In this document: one piece after another, positions 1 through 6,870 of the stretch
Layout of the letters: each line of letters opens with the position of its first letter
Numbering within the stretch: position 1 is the stretch's first letter
Assembly (NCBI GenBank): GCA_944390435.1
Contig: CALXQC010000012.1
Span: forward strand, 1 to 36,080
DNA: 36,080 nt
Reading direction: 5' to 3'
Source: an uncultured Clostridia bacterium
GTDB taxonomy: Bacteria > Bacillota > Dehalobacteriia > UBA4068
Made by a program: the position numbers and the translations under genes
The notes under the pieces: model-generated
What the model was told of the DNA's origin: nothing
The model's database searches: none
Seen by the model: the letters and a program-made list of their open reading frames with translations, nothing else

Positions 1-129
1 GCCTGCTGGTGCACGATGAACGGCGTGGTCAACGGCTACGGCAATGATCTGCTGTTGCCGCAGGGCAATGCCACCCGCGCTGAAGCGGCGCAGATGATTA
101 TGACTCTCATCGAGCTGCCGCGTGAATAA
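1..129 (+). CDS. 3' end of a surface protein with an SLH-like C-terminal repeat (partial; start lies outside the window)
   Basis: Frame 1 is open from base 1 to TAA at 127-129. The translation ...NGYGNDLLLPQGNATRAEAAQMIMTLIELPRE resembles the end of an S-layer homology repeat (TRAEAA..M). Confidence 0.45.
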   Translation, partial: ACWCTMNGVVNGYGNDLLLPQGNATRAEAAQMIMTLIELPRE

Positions 130-413
130 GCTGCGGTTGGCTATAAAGAAGTTAATATAGCTGATATAACAGCGGGGCAGCCCTTATGTGGATGCCCCGC
201 TGATTGCTGTCTCCAGGCTCATGGCGCCTGCCTCGCGCGCGGGAGACAGCGCCGCTGCAGCAGATAAGGCTGACCGGCAGGTCACAGCCTGGCCCGACAG
301 AGAGCAGGCGGCAGGCAAGCCCTGCGCCCCGCTAAGCCAAGCGAAAGCTTCTCCGCCAGCCCGAAAGCTGCGCCTGGCGGCGGGACAACGGCGCTGCCGG
401 CGCTAGGTTGAGA

Positions 414-452
414 TAAAAAAATAACGCAGGCCGAAGCCTGCGTTATTTTTTT
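414..452. terminator. Bidirectional rho-independent terminator
   Basis: Stem ataacgcaggc (421-431), loop cgaa, stem gcctgcgttat (436-446). It is flanked by an A7 run on the left and a T7 run on the right, just downstream of the convergent rhodanese gene. Confidence 0.8.
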
Positions 453-481
453 ATCAGTTGTTTTAAGCTGTAGCCGCTAGC

Positions 482-1066
482 TTATTCAGCAGCCAGAGCG
501 CCGGGCTCAGCGCCTTCTACGATGTAGTCGGCAACTTCAGCGTCGTCAGCCCAACCATTATTGCCACCCTCGAGGGTGTAGATCTGTTCAGCAGCTACGC
601 CCATATCCTGGAGCAGAGCGGTAGCGGTCTGGGCATATTTCTGACCGGAGTAGCAGATGAGGATCATGTTGGCGTCGCCGCCGAGAGTATCGCCGGTAGC
701 AGCTTCCAGGGCAGCCTGGAGATTAGCGATAGCAGTGTCATTGTCGGCATTGGAAACAGCAGCGTCGACATCAGCGGAGATGGCGGTTACGATATGGCCA
801 GCTTCATAGTCGGCAACTTTGCGCAGGTCGAGCAGCACATAGCCTTCGGTGCCTTCGTCAATGATAGCTTTGACATCAGCACGGGTGATGTACTGATACT
901 CAGGAGTCTCCTGCCCAGCGTTCGGATCCTGATTCTCTTCAACATTCGGATCATCGTTCGGAGCGGGCTCTTCAGTATTAGCGCAGCCGGCGAATACCAG
1001 AGCGAAGCAGACCAGTACCAGACCCAAAGTCAGCAATAAGCTTTTTTTCATGTTCTTTCCCTCCAA
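482..1066 (-). CDS. Rhodanese-domain lipoprotein (sulfurtransferase-like)
   Basis: 194 aa. Signal peptide with lipobox LVFAG-C. Rhodanese pattern LLDLRKVADYEAGHI ... active-site loop ICYSGQKY ... GGNNGW. GGAGGG RBS upstream. Confidence 0.8.
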   Translation of the reverse strand: MEGKNMKKSLLLTLGLVLVCFALVFAGCANTEEPAPNDDPNVEENQDPNAGQETPEYQYITRADVKAIIDEGTEGYVLLDLRKVADYEAGHIVTAISADVDAAVSNADNDTAIANLQAALEAATGDTLGGDANMILICYSGQKYAQTATALLQDMGVAAEQIYTLEGGNNGWADDAEVADYIVEGAEPGALAAE

Positions 1067-1119
1067 TAAAATTTGGTAAATGATTGCTGCAAGCGGCTTG
1101 CAAGCAACTTGCTATCTAG

Positions 1120-1148
1120 ACTATAGTTGGCAAAAATCGGATAGTCAA
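1120..1148 (-). promoter_or_regulatory. Sigma-A type promoter for the rhodanese lipoprotein gene
   Basis: On the minus strand: TTGACT (1148-1143), 17-nt spacer, TATAGT (1125-1120), about 55 nt upstream of the ATG. Confidence 0.5.
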
Positions 1149-1417
1149 ATAGTTATTTTAGATAGATATCAGCCACTTATCCTAATTTATAATAAATACC
1201 GCTTTTAGGTTATTTTTCGCGGCGAAAGTCAGCAGAGGGGCGGCAAAAAGCAAGGACTTTTCGCCTGTTTTGTCGCTGCCGGCAGCGCGCCTGGAGCGCT
1301 ATTGGAAAAATGCGGCTGCTGTTAACTGGCTGTTTGACGCCTGAGCGGTGGCAGCGCTTAATGTGACGATTTTTTCAGCTTTGACTCCGGCCGCAGGCGG
1401 CCGAAGCGGCAGCGGAT

Positions 1418-1445
1418 AAAAAACGCCCCGGCTCTCGCCGGGACG
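1418..1445 (-). terminator. Rho-independent terminator ending the URO-D/CobW operon
   Basis: Minus-strand hairpin CGUCCCGGC-GAGA-GCCGGGGCG (one G-U pair) followed by U6, about 20 nt after the CobW-like stop. Confidence 0.7.
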
Positions 1446-1467
1446 GTGCAGCGCGGCGCTGCAGCCC

Positions 1468-2376
1468 TTATTCCATTTTGAGAATGCAGTCCGCATAGAC
1501 CTGCATGGCGTGCTTGATGCTTTTGCGGGTCGGCATACCCTTGCCGGCCAGGACGACGATTTTATTGAGTTCTCCGGCGGCCGGGCCGTTGTAGGGGCTG
1601 ACCACTACTGAGCTGCCGACGCAGTCCACCAGCTGCAGCCGGCCGTCTATCCGAACGAAGCCCTTGATGCGGTAGCTGTCGTCGGCAATTAGTTTCAGCA
1701 GCCCCTCCAGCTGGCGCAGCGCAGTCTGCTCACTGATGGTAAGCAGGTATTTTTGTAGGGTGATATCGCGGGCGGCGCTGGCCTCCTCATCGTATTCCTT
1801 CTGCCGGAGATTGAAAATCAGCTCCGGCTGGATCTGGCCATAGCTGGTAAGGATGATTTCCGCTTGGGGATTGACGGAGCGAATGGTTTGCCGGGCAAAT
1901 TCCACCTGTTCCGCGCTGGCGCGGTCGGTTTTATTGATCAGCGCCAGGCTGCTGATGGAGAGTTGTTTTTTGACTACCAGGGCGGTATCTACCACCTTAG
2001 CGAAACGCGGCGCGTCTACCAGGCAGATGCCGCCGCGGTAATCGATGGCGGAGAACTGCTCCTGAGCCATGATTTTGCGGATATTAGTGGGATCAGCCAG
2101 TCCCGAAGTTTCTACCAGAATGATGTCCGGCTGTTCGCGTACTGCCTCTTCCAGCGAGGCTTCAAATTTATCGAGGCGGCAGACGCAGAAAATCGAGCCG
2201 TTGCTGATCTCATCGATGGCTGCGCCCAGCTCCTGCAGCAGCGCTCCGTCGATGCCTTCCTTGCCGAATTCATTGACGATCAGATAGATTTTTTGTCCGT
2301 GCAGGGCCTGGAGGATATTTTTAATCAGCGTGGTCTTGCCGGCGCCTAAAAAGCCGGTGATCAGATACATTTTCAT
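1468..2376 (-). CDS. COG0523/CobW-family G3E GTPase (putative metallochaperone) with a degenerate CxCC motif
   Basis: 302 aa. P-loop GFLGAGKTTLI, ETSGLADP, NKTD, CobW C-terminal domain. At the canonical NGC-x-CC position the sequence reads NGSIFCVC. Confidence 0.85.
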   Translation of the reverse strand: MKMYLITGFLGAGKTTLIKNILQALHGQKIYLIVNEFGKEGIDGALLQELGAAIDEISNGSIFCVCRLDKFEASLEEAVREQPDIILVETSGLADPTNIRKIMAQEQFSAIDYRGGICLVDAPRFAKVVDTALVVKKQLSISSLALINKTDRASAEQVEFARQTIRSVNPQAEIILTSYGQIQPELIFNLRQKEYDEEASAARDITLQKYLLTISEQTALRQLEGLLKLIADDSYRIKGFVRIDGRLQLVDCVGSSVVVSPYNGPAAGELNKIVVLAGKGMPTRKSIKHAMQVYADCILKME

Positions 2377-2405
2377 GCGGCTGCTCCTTGCGGATAGTTA
2401 AATCA

Positions 2406-2438
2406 GCCCCAGCCGCGCTTTTGCTGCACGGCTGGGGC
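2406..2438 (-). promoter_or_regulatory. Strong intercistronic hairpin between the thioredoxin-like ORF end and the CobW-like gene
   Basis: 10-bp perfect stem gccccagccg / cggctggggc with a 13-nt loop. There is no U-tract. The AAGGAG RBS of the next gene follows. Confidence 0.5.
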
Positions 2439-2457
2439 AAGCGGATCAGCGATGAGG

Positions 2458-2874
2458 CTACATTACTTCTTCAATCGCTTTTTCCAGCTCTTCCTTGCTG
2501 GGGATCAGCGAGGAGAATTTCAGCTGGCCGTTGATATAGATCGAGGGCAGATTCTTAACACCCATCTTCATGCAGCGGGCGATATTTTCTTTAATGGTGA
2601 ATTTGTATTCGACCATGTCGATCTTATCGCCATAAGTTTCTTTGGCGACCGTGGCCGCGCCCATCATATAGGTACAGGCGGCGCAGGTGGCGGAGTCAAG
2701 GGTAAAGACCTCCACCAGCGGCTTGGTCAGATGTTCATAGTCCGGCAGCACCACGGCGTCGAGATCAAAGTCTGCGCCTGCGGTATAGTTTTTCACCATT
2801 TCTCTGGTCTCATCGGTATTGAGCGCAGCCTGCGCTACCCCGATCGTATTTTCGATGGGGATTTCGTAAGGCAT
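2458..2874 (-). CDS. Thioredoxin-fold CxxC domain ORF; probably the C-terminal part of one Sec-containing protein together with 2878..3816
   Basis: 138 aa. The first ~20 aa (MPYEIPIENTIGVAQAAL) continue URO-D family homology. After that comes a Trx-like fold: VEVFTLDSATCAACTY (C-A-A-C), VEYKF, cis-Pro-like LPSIYING. It is in the same frame as the upstream ORF and separated from it by TGA-GAC only. Confidence 0.7.
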   Translation of the reverse strand: MPYEIPIENTIGVAQAALNTDETREMVKNYTAGADFDLDAVVLPDYEHLTKPLVEVFTLDSATCAACTYMMGAATVAKETYGDKIDMVEYKFTIKENIARCMKMGVKNLPSIYINGQLKFSSLIPSKEELEKAIEEVM

Positions 2875-2880
2875 GTCTCA
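2812..2880 (-). promoter_or_regulatory. Candidate Sec recoding site: in-frame UGA (2880-2878) plus downstream hairpins (possible SECIS)
   Basis: The mRNA reads UGA GAC AUG CCU UAC GAA AUC CCC AUC GAA AAU ACG AUC GGG GUA GCG CAG GCU GCG CUC AAU ACC GAU. Hairpin A is CCCAUCG-AAAAUA-CGAU(C)GGG (2859-2839). Hairpin B is AUCGG..AGCGCA-GGC-UGCGCU..CCGAU (2844-2812). Neither is a textbook bacterial SECIS. Confidence 0.4.
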
Positions 2881-3816
2881 GCCGGGAGCCAGGACGAAAT
2901 TGCGGTCGGAGTTGACCGCGTCGATCAGATCGACGGCGATCTTCATATTATCCTGCTGCGATCCGTGCAGCATTACGGAAGTCAGCGGGATATTGCCGCC
3001 CATGACGACATTATAGCGGTCGCTGATCTCTTTGGCCGCCACCAGATCGACGTTTTCATCGACATGGATCGAATCAGGATTGGTCTTGCACATCGCCTCG
3101 ATATTGCGGGTGGCGTCGCCGCAGACAAAGAACGAGGAGAAAACGCCTTTTTCGCGGATATAGTCGAATAGCTCGGTGAACGGCTCGGCGAAAAATTCCT
3201 CGAAGTGATTGACCGAGATCTGCGAGACCAGAGGATCGACTACGGCGATCACATCCATGCCGACCTCGACATACATATCGATCATCGCTTTGCCGACCTT
3301 GGTGCAGAAATCGAGCAACTCATGGACATATTCGTCATCGTCGTACATATCCATGAAAATATCGTTGCCGCGCAGATGCGAGGCCAGGGTGAACGGGCCG
3401 CAGAACAGTCCGTAGAGAGCGGTGTCATCGCCGACTGCTTCTTTGACCCGGCGCATTGCCGAGAGCACCAGCGGAATGCGGCCGTCGTCCTTGGTCGGGA
3501 TGGTGCATTCGCAGGGGACGGTCATCGTCTCTTCCAGCGGATGGGTGCTGACCGAGGGCGGACAATCTTTAGCCCAGACTAGATCGCAGCCCAAAATTTC
3601 CGCCTCCAGCTGCAGATCGAAGACGATCGGCATGCCGTCGGGCTTATAAAGCTTATGCACCTCCAGCAGGGCCTTGACCAATAAATCTTCATCAGTCAGC
3701 ACCTGGGTGGCGTCGGCGCCGATCAGCGCTCCGGCATGAACCCCGGCGAAGGGCACCCAAGGCGCGCGCTCGGTCGCTTCATGCCGCAGCGTTTTGAATA
3801 GCAGTTCCTTTGACAT
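2878..3816 (-). CDS. URO-D/MtaA-family methyltransferase domain ORF, ending at a TGA that occupies the conserved Zn-ligand Cys position
   Basis: 312 aa with a URO-D fold pattern. It ends ...NFVLAPG-TGA, whereas the paralog at 8501..9499 has ...IIAVGCDVPPPTSVENM. The upstream HxC motif is F-V-C here (SFFVCGD versus RLHICGD). Confidence 0.8.
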   Translation of the reverse strand: MSKELLFKTLRHEATERAPWVPFAGVHAGALIGADATQVLTDEDLLVKALLEVHKLYKPDGMPIVFDLQLEAEILGCDLVWAKDCPPSVSTHPLEETMTVPCECTIPTKDDGRIPLVLSAMRRVKEAVGDDTALYGLFCGPFTLASHLRGNDIFMDMYDDDEYVHELLDFCTKVGKAMIDMYVEVGMDVIAVVDPLVSQISVNHFEEFFAEPFTELFDYIREKGVFSSFFVCGDATRNIEAMCKTNPDSIHVDENVDLVAAKEISDRYNVVMGGNIPLTSVMLHGSQQDNMKIAVDLIDAVNSDRNFVLAPG

Positions 3817-3968
3817 TAACTTTCCTCCCCCCAGTAATGTAGTTAAACCAAGCTTGCATTGTTATTATAGATAGTATCATCATTATAAAGCACCACTGCC
3901 ATTGGTTTATTGTAAAATTGTTATAAAATTTGTACTTTTTTGAATTTTTTATTTCTCGCTTTTTTGCC

Positions 3969-3996
3969 TTGCTAATTAGTAATTATGTGCTATAGT
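3969..3996 (+). promoter_or_regulatory. Putative promoter of the PocR/AraC regulator within a ~250-bp AT-rich divergent control region (3817-4069)
   Basis: TTGCTA (3969-3974), 16-nt spacer with TGc, then TATAGT (3991-3996). The divergent minus-strand promoter was not resolved. Confidence 0.4.
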
Positions 3997-4069
3997 AATC
4001 ATATAGGGGCAATATAAAATAATATATATAAAAGCTCAGATATATTATCGGACTATTGGGGGTAATCTG

Positions 4070-5353
4070 ATGACATATCAATCGCTAGAGTATGGCCAGC
4101 CGTCCCGCAAGGTGTTTGATACTAAACTGGTGCAGGAATGCGCTAAGGCTTTTGCTTCCGCTACTGGTTTAGGCACGATTGTCTCGACTGCTGAGGGGCA
4201 GGTCGTCTCTGAATTTGGCAGCGGCTGCGCTTCCTGCCGCATTTGCGAACTGGCCGGCCGGCCGAAATCGCTATGCCTGAAAACATATATTAACGGTATG
4301 CGCGAGGCGGAACGCTTCGGCGGCAAGTATATCTATTTTTGCGCTATGGGGCTGACTTGCTTCTCTTCGCCGATCGTGGTCAAGGATATCAATGAGGCGG
4401 AGATCACCGTCGGGCCTTTTCTGATGGTCAACCGCGATGATTATGAGCTCTGCGAGCTGGGCGACCGTTATCATCTGCCGCCGGAACGCCGGCAGAAGGT
4501 GATGAGCGCGCTCACCGATGTGCCTTATATCGCGCCGCGCAAGGTCAATGATCTGGCGACCCTGCTGTTTATGTCGATCAGCTTCATGAATAATATCGGC
4601 GCCGCCAATGATATGCTGGACGCGCAGATGGCGATGGCGATTCAGACGCAGATTTCTTCTTCTATTTATAAGCTCAAGGGCATGGAAGGCCCGACCAGCT
4701 ATCCTTTTGATATTGAGAGCCGCTTGCTGGCAGCGGTAGCTAAAGGCGAGCGCGATAAAGTCGAGAATTATCTCAAGGAGCTGTTCGGTTATATTTTCTT
4801 CTCCAGCGGTTATGTTTTTAGCGTGGCTAAATCCCGCGTCTCAGAGCTGCTGGTGCTGATTTCCCGCACCGCAGTGCATAACGGCGCTGATCCGGACCGC
4901 TGCCTGATGCTTACTCATGATTATCTGTTCACCATCCCCAATATTCAGACCTGGGAGAATCTCTGCGCCTGGCTGATTCGGGCAGCGCATTCTTTCATCG
5001 ATCTTTTCAGCTCCAACACAGTCAAGCATGCCAGCGCTATTCACCAGGCCACGCTCTATATCCGCCAGCATTATGCGGAAAAGATCACTCTCAAGGATAT
5101 TGCCCAGATGGTCTATCTCTCGCCGGCTTATTTCAGCCGGGTGTTCAAGAAGGAGATGGGCGTGACTTTCAACAGCTTTCTCAATGAGGTGCGGATCGAG
5201 AAGAGCAAGTCGCTGCTGCGCAACAATGATTTGAAGATGGTCGATATCGCCCTGATGGTCGGCTTTGAGAGCCAGAGTTACTTCACTAAGGTGTTCAAAA
5301 AAATTACCGGCATTTCGCCGCTGCAATACCGTTATGCGCCGGATATTTTATAA
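4070..5353 (+). CDS. PocR sensory domain / AraC-family HTH transcriptional regulator
   Basis: 427 aa. N-terminal PocR-like domain (GLGTIV..AEGQVV..CASCRICE..YIYFCAMGL). C-terminal AraC double HTH (ITLKDIAQMVYLSPAYFSRVFKK ... GFESQSYFTKVFKK). Confidence 0.85.
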   Translation: MTYQSLEYGQPSRKVFDTKLVQECAKAFASATGLGTIVSTAEGQVVSEFGSGCASCRICELAGRPKSLCLKTYINGMREAERFGGKYIYFCAMGLTCFSSPIVVKDINEAEITVGPFLMVNRDDYELCELGDRYHLPPERRQKVMSALTDVPYIAPRKVNDLATLLFMSISFMNNIGAANDMLDAQMAMAIQTQISSSIYKLKGMEGPTSYPFDIESRLLAAVAKGERDKVENYLKELFGYIFFSSGYVFSVAKSRVSELLVLISRTAVHNGADPDRCLMLTHDYLFTIPNIQTWENLCAWLIRAAHSFIDLFSSNTVKHASAIHQATLYIRQHYAEKITLKDIAQMVYLSPAYFSRVFKKEMGVTFNSFLNEVRIEKSKSLLRNNDLKMVDIALMVGFESQSYFTKVFKKITGISPLQYRYAPDIL

Positions 5354-5384
5354 CTGCGGCAGCCGCAGCAATTAAATTCCCGCA

Positions 5385-5411
5385 ACTCCCGCTGATAGCG
5401 GGAGTTTTTTC
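5385..5411 (+). terminator. Rho-independent terminator after the regulator gene
   Basis: actcccgc-tgata-gcgggagt followed by T6. Confidence 0.75.
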
Positions 5412-5561
5412 TTGCCCGGCGCTTGTTGACGGGCAGAGCATTTATAGTAAAAAATTTACAAATAAATCAATTTTGTAATAGAAATAAACAGGGGTAATTT
5501 TTAAAATATTTATAATATTCAAAATAGATGCTGCAACTGATAATGACGGAGGTGTAAATCA

Positions 5562-6200
5562 ATGGGTATTTTAGAAGATATTTCCCTGTTGCTGCAAAAG
5601 GGCAAAGCAAAAAAGGTTAAAGAGCTGGTACAGCAGGCTATTGATGAAGGAATTGACGCTAAGGTGATCTTGGATGAGGGCTTGCTGGCCGGCATGAACG
5701 CCGTCGGCGATCAATTCCAGGCCGGCGAGATCTTCGTCCCGGAGGTTCTGGTTGCCGCCCGGGCGATGAATGTCGGTACGGATCTGCTGAAGCCGCTGCT
5801 GCAGGCGGGCAAGAGCGAGGTTCAGGGCAAGGTATGCATCGGCAGCATCAAGGGAGATCTGCATGATATCGGCAAAAACTTGGTGCGGATGATGATGGAG
5901 GGCAAGGGCCTGGAAGTTATCGATCTGGGCAATGACGTCGCTCCGGAACGCTATGTGGATACCGCCGTACAGGAGGGCTGCAATATTATTGCCTGCTCCG
6001 CTTTGCTGACCACCACCATGGGCCAGATGCAGAATGTGGTCAACCTGGCTAAAGAAGCCGGGATCCGCGACAAGGTCTATATCATGGTCGGCGGCGCGCC
6101 GGTTACCGAGGCTTTCTGCGAACAAATCGGCGCTGACAAATACACTAATGACGCCACTGCGGCGGCTGAAGCGGCGGTTGCTTATTGCAAATCGCTGTAA
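5562..6200 (+). CDS. Corrinoid (B12-binding) methyl-carrier protein, MtaC/MtbC/MtqC-like
   Basis: 212 aa. N-terminal helical cap plus Rossmann B12 domain with DxHxxG (GDLHDIGKNLV), SALLTTT and MVGGAP motifs. GGAGG RBS. Confidence 0.9.
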   Translation: MGILEDISLLLQKGKAKKVKELVQQAIDEGIDAKVILDEGLLAGMNAVGDQFQAGEIFVPEVLVAARAMNVGTDLLKPLLQAGKSEVQGKVCIGSIKGDLHDIGKNLVRMMMEGKGLEVIDLGNDVAPERYVDTAVQEGCNIIACSALLTTTMGQMQNVVNLAKEAGIRDKVYIMVGGAPVTEAFCEQIGADKYTNDATAAAEAAVAYCKSL

Positions 6201-6233
6201 CAGACAGTTAGTAGCTGAATGATCGATAAGTTT

Positions 6234-6261
6234 CTGCCCCGCAGCGAGAACTGCGGGGCAG
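6234..6261 (+). promoter_or_regulatory. Strong intercistronic hairpin after the corrinoid protein gene
   Basis: 11-bp perfect stem ctgccccgcag / ctgcggggcag with loop cgagaa. No T-tract follows. The RBS of the next gene lies 15 nt downstream. Confidence 0.5.
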
Positions 6262-6286
6262 GATTGGAATTAGGGGAGGCGGACAG

Positions 6287-6856
6287 ATGCCGGCGGAGCA
6301 AGAATTGATCCAGCAATTAACTGATCTGGCTTTGAGCCTGGGCGCAGATAAGGCCCAGGTGATCCGGGTGGCGGATATAAGCTTCTCGGAGGAATTCCGC
6401 CGGCTGTGCGAGATGAATTCCTGCGGGCTGTACGGCCAGTGCTGGATGTGCCCTCCCGACGTCGGGGAGATCAACGAGCTGATGGCCGAGGCGCAGACCT
6501 TCAGCCGCGCGCTGGTTTATCAAACCATCGGCCGACTGGAAGATTCCTTCGATATTGAGGGTATGCTGGCAGCCGGCGAGCGTCATAATGCTCTGGTAGA
6601 GGAGATACGCCGGCAAAGCGCCGCGATCCGCCTGGCCGAGACGCTGCATCTGGGCTCCGGCGGCTGCTCGATCTGCCCGCGCTGCGCTAAACGGGATCAA
6701 CAGCCTTGCCGCTTTCCCGAGCGGGCGGTGGCGTCGCTGGAAGCCTATGGCGTTAATGTTTATGATTTAGCCAACATAAGCGGCATGAAATATATCAACG
6801 GCGAAAATACTGTGACCTATTTCGGCGCGGTATTGTTCAATTTTCGTTCTGAGTGA
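6287..6856 (+). CDS. DUF2284-type Cys-rich metal-binding protein
   Basis: 189 aa. Motifs CEMNSCGLYGQCWMCPP and CSICPRCAKRDQQPCRFP, typical of DUF2284 proteins that co-occur with corrinoid methyltransferase systems. Confidence 0.7.
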   Translation: MPAEQELIQQLTDLALSLGADKAQVIRVADISFSEEFRRLCEMNSCGLYGQCWMCPPDVGEINELMAEAQTFSRALVYQTIGRLEDSFDIEGMLAAGERHNALVEEIRRQSAAIRLAETLHLGSGGCSICPRCAKRDQQPCRFPERAVASLEAYGVNVYDLANISGMKYINGENTVTYFGAVLFNFRSE

Positions 6857-6870
6857 AAGCTGGGAGGATA

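Noticed and set aside
188-406. 72-aa ORF between the SLH-like fragment and the terminator
   Set aside because: It has a GTG start without an RBS, an Ala/Arg/Pro-rich translation and several rare codons. It is kept only as part of the 'orphan GC-rich region' finding.
2872-2880. Reading TGAGACATG as ordinary stop/restart translational coupling of two separate genes
   Set aside because: This reading is not fully excluded but is disfavoured. The upstream product would lack the family's distal Cys and terminal helix. The first ~20 residues of the downstream ORF align with that missing URO-D segment, and no RBS precedes the ATG at 2874.
5354-5561. Possible cobalamin riboswitch or clear promoter ahead of the corrinoid protein operon
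   Set aside because: No B12-box-like element (GCCACUG-type core) or multi-stem architecture was seen. A TTGACG at 5426-5431 has no properly spaced -10.
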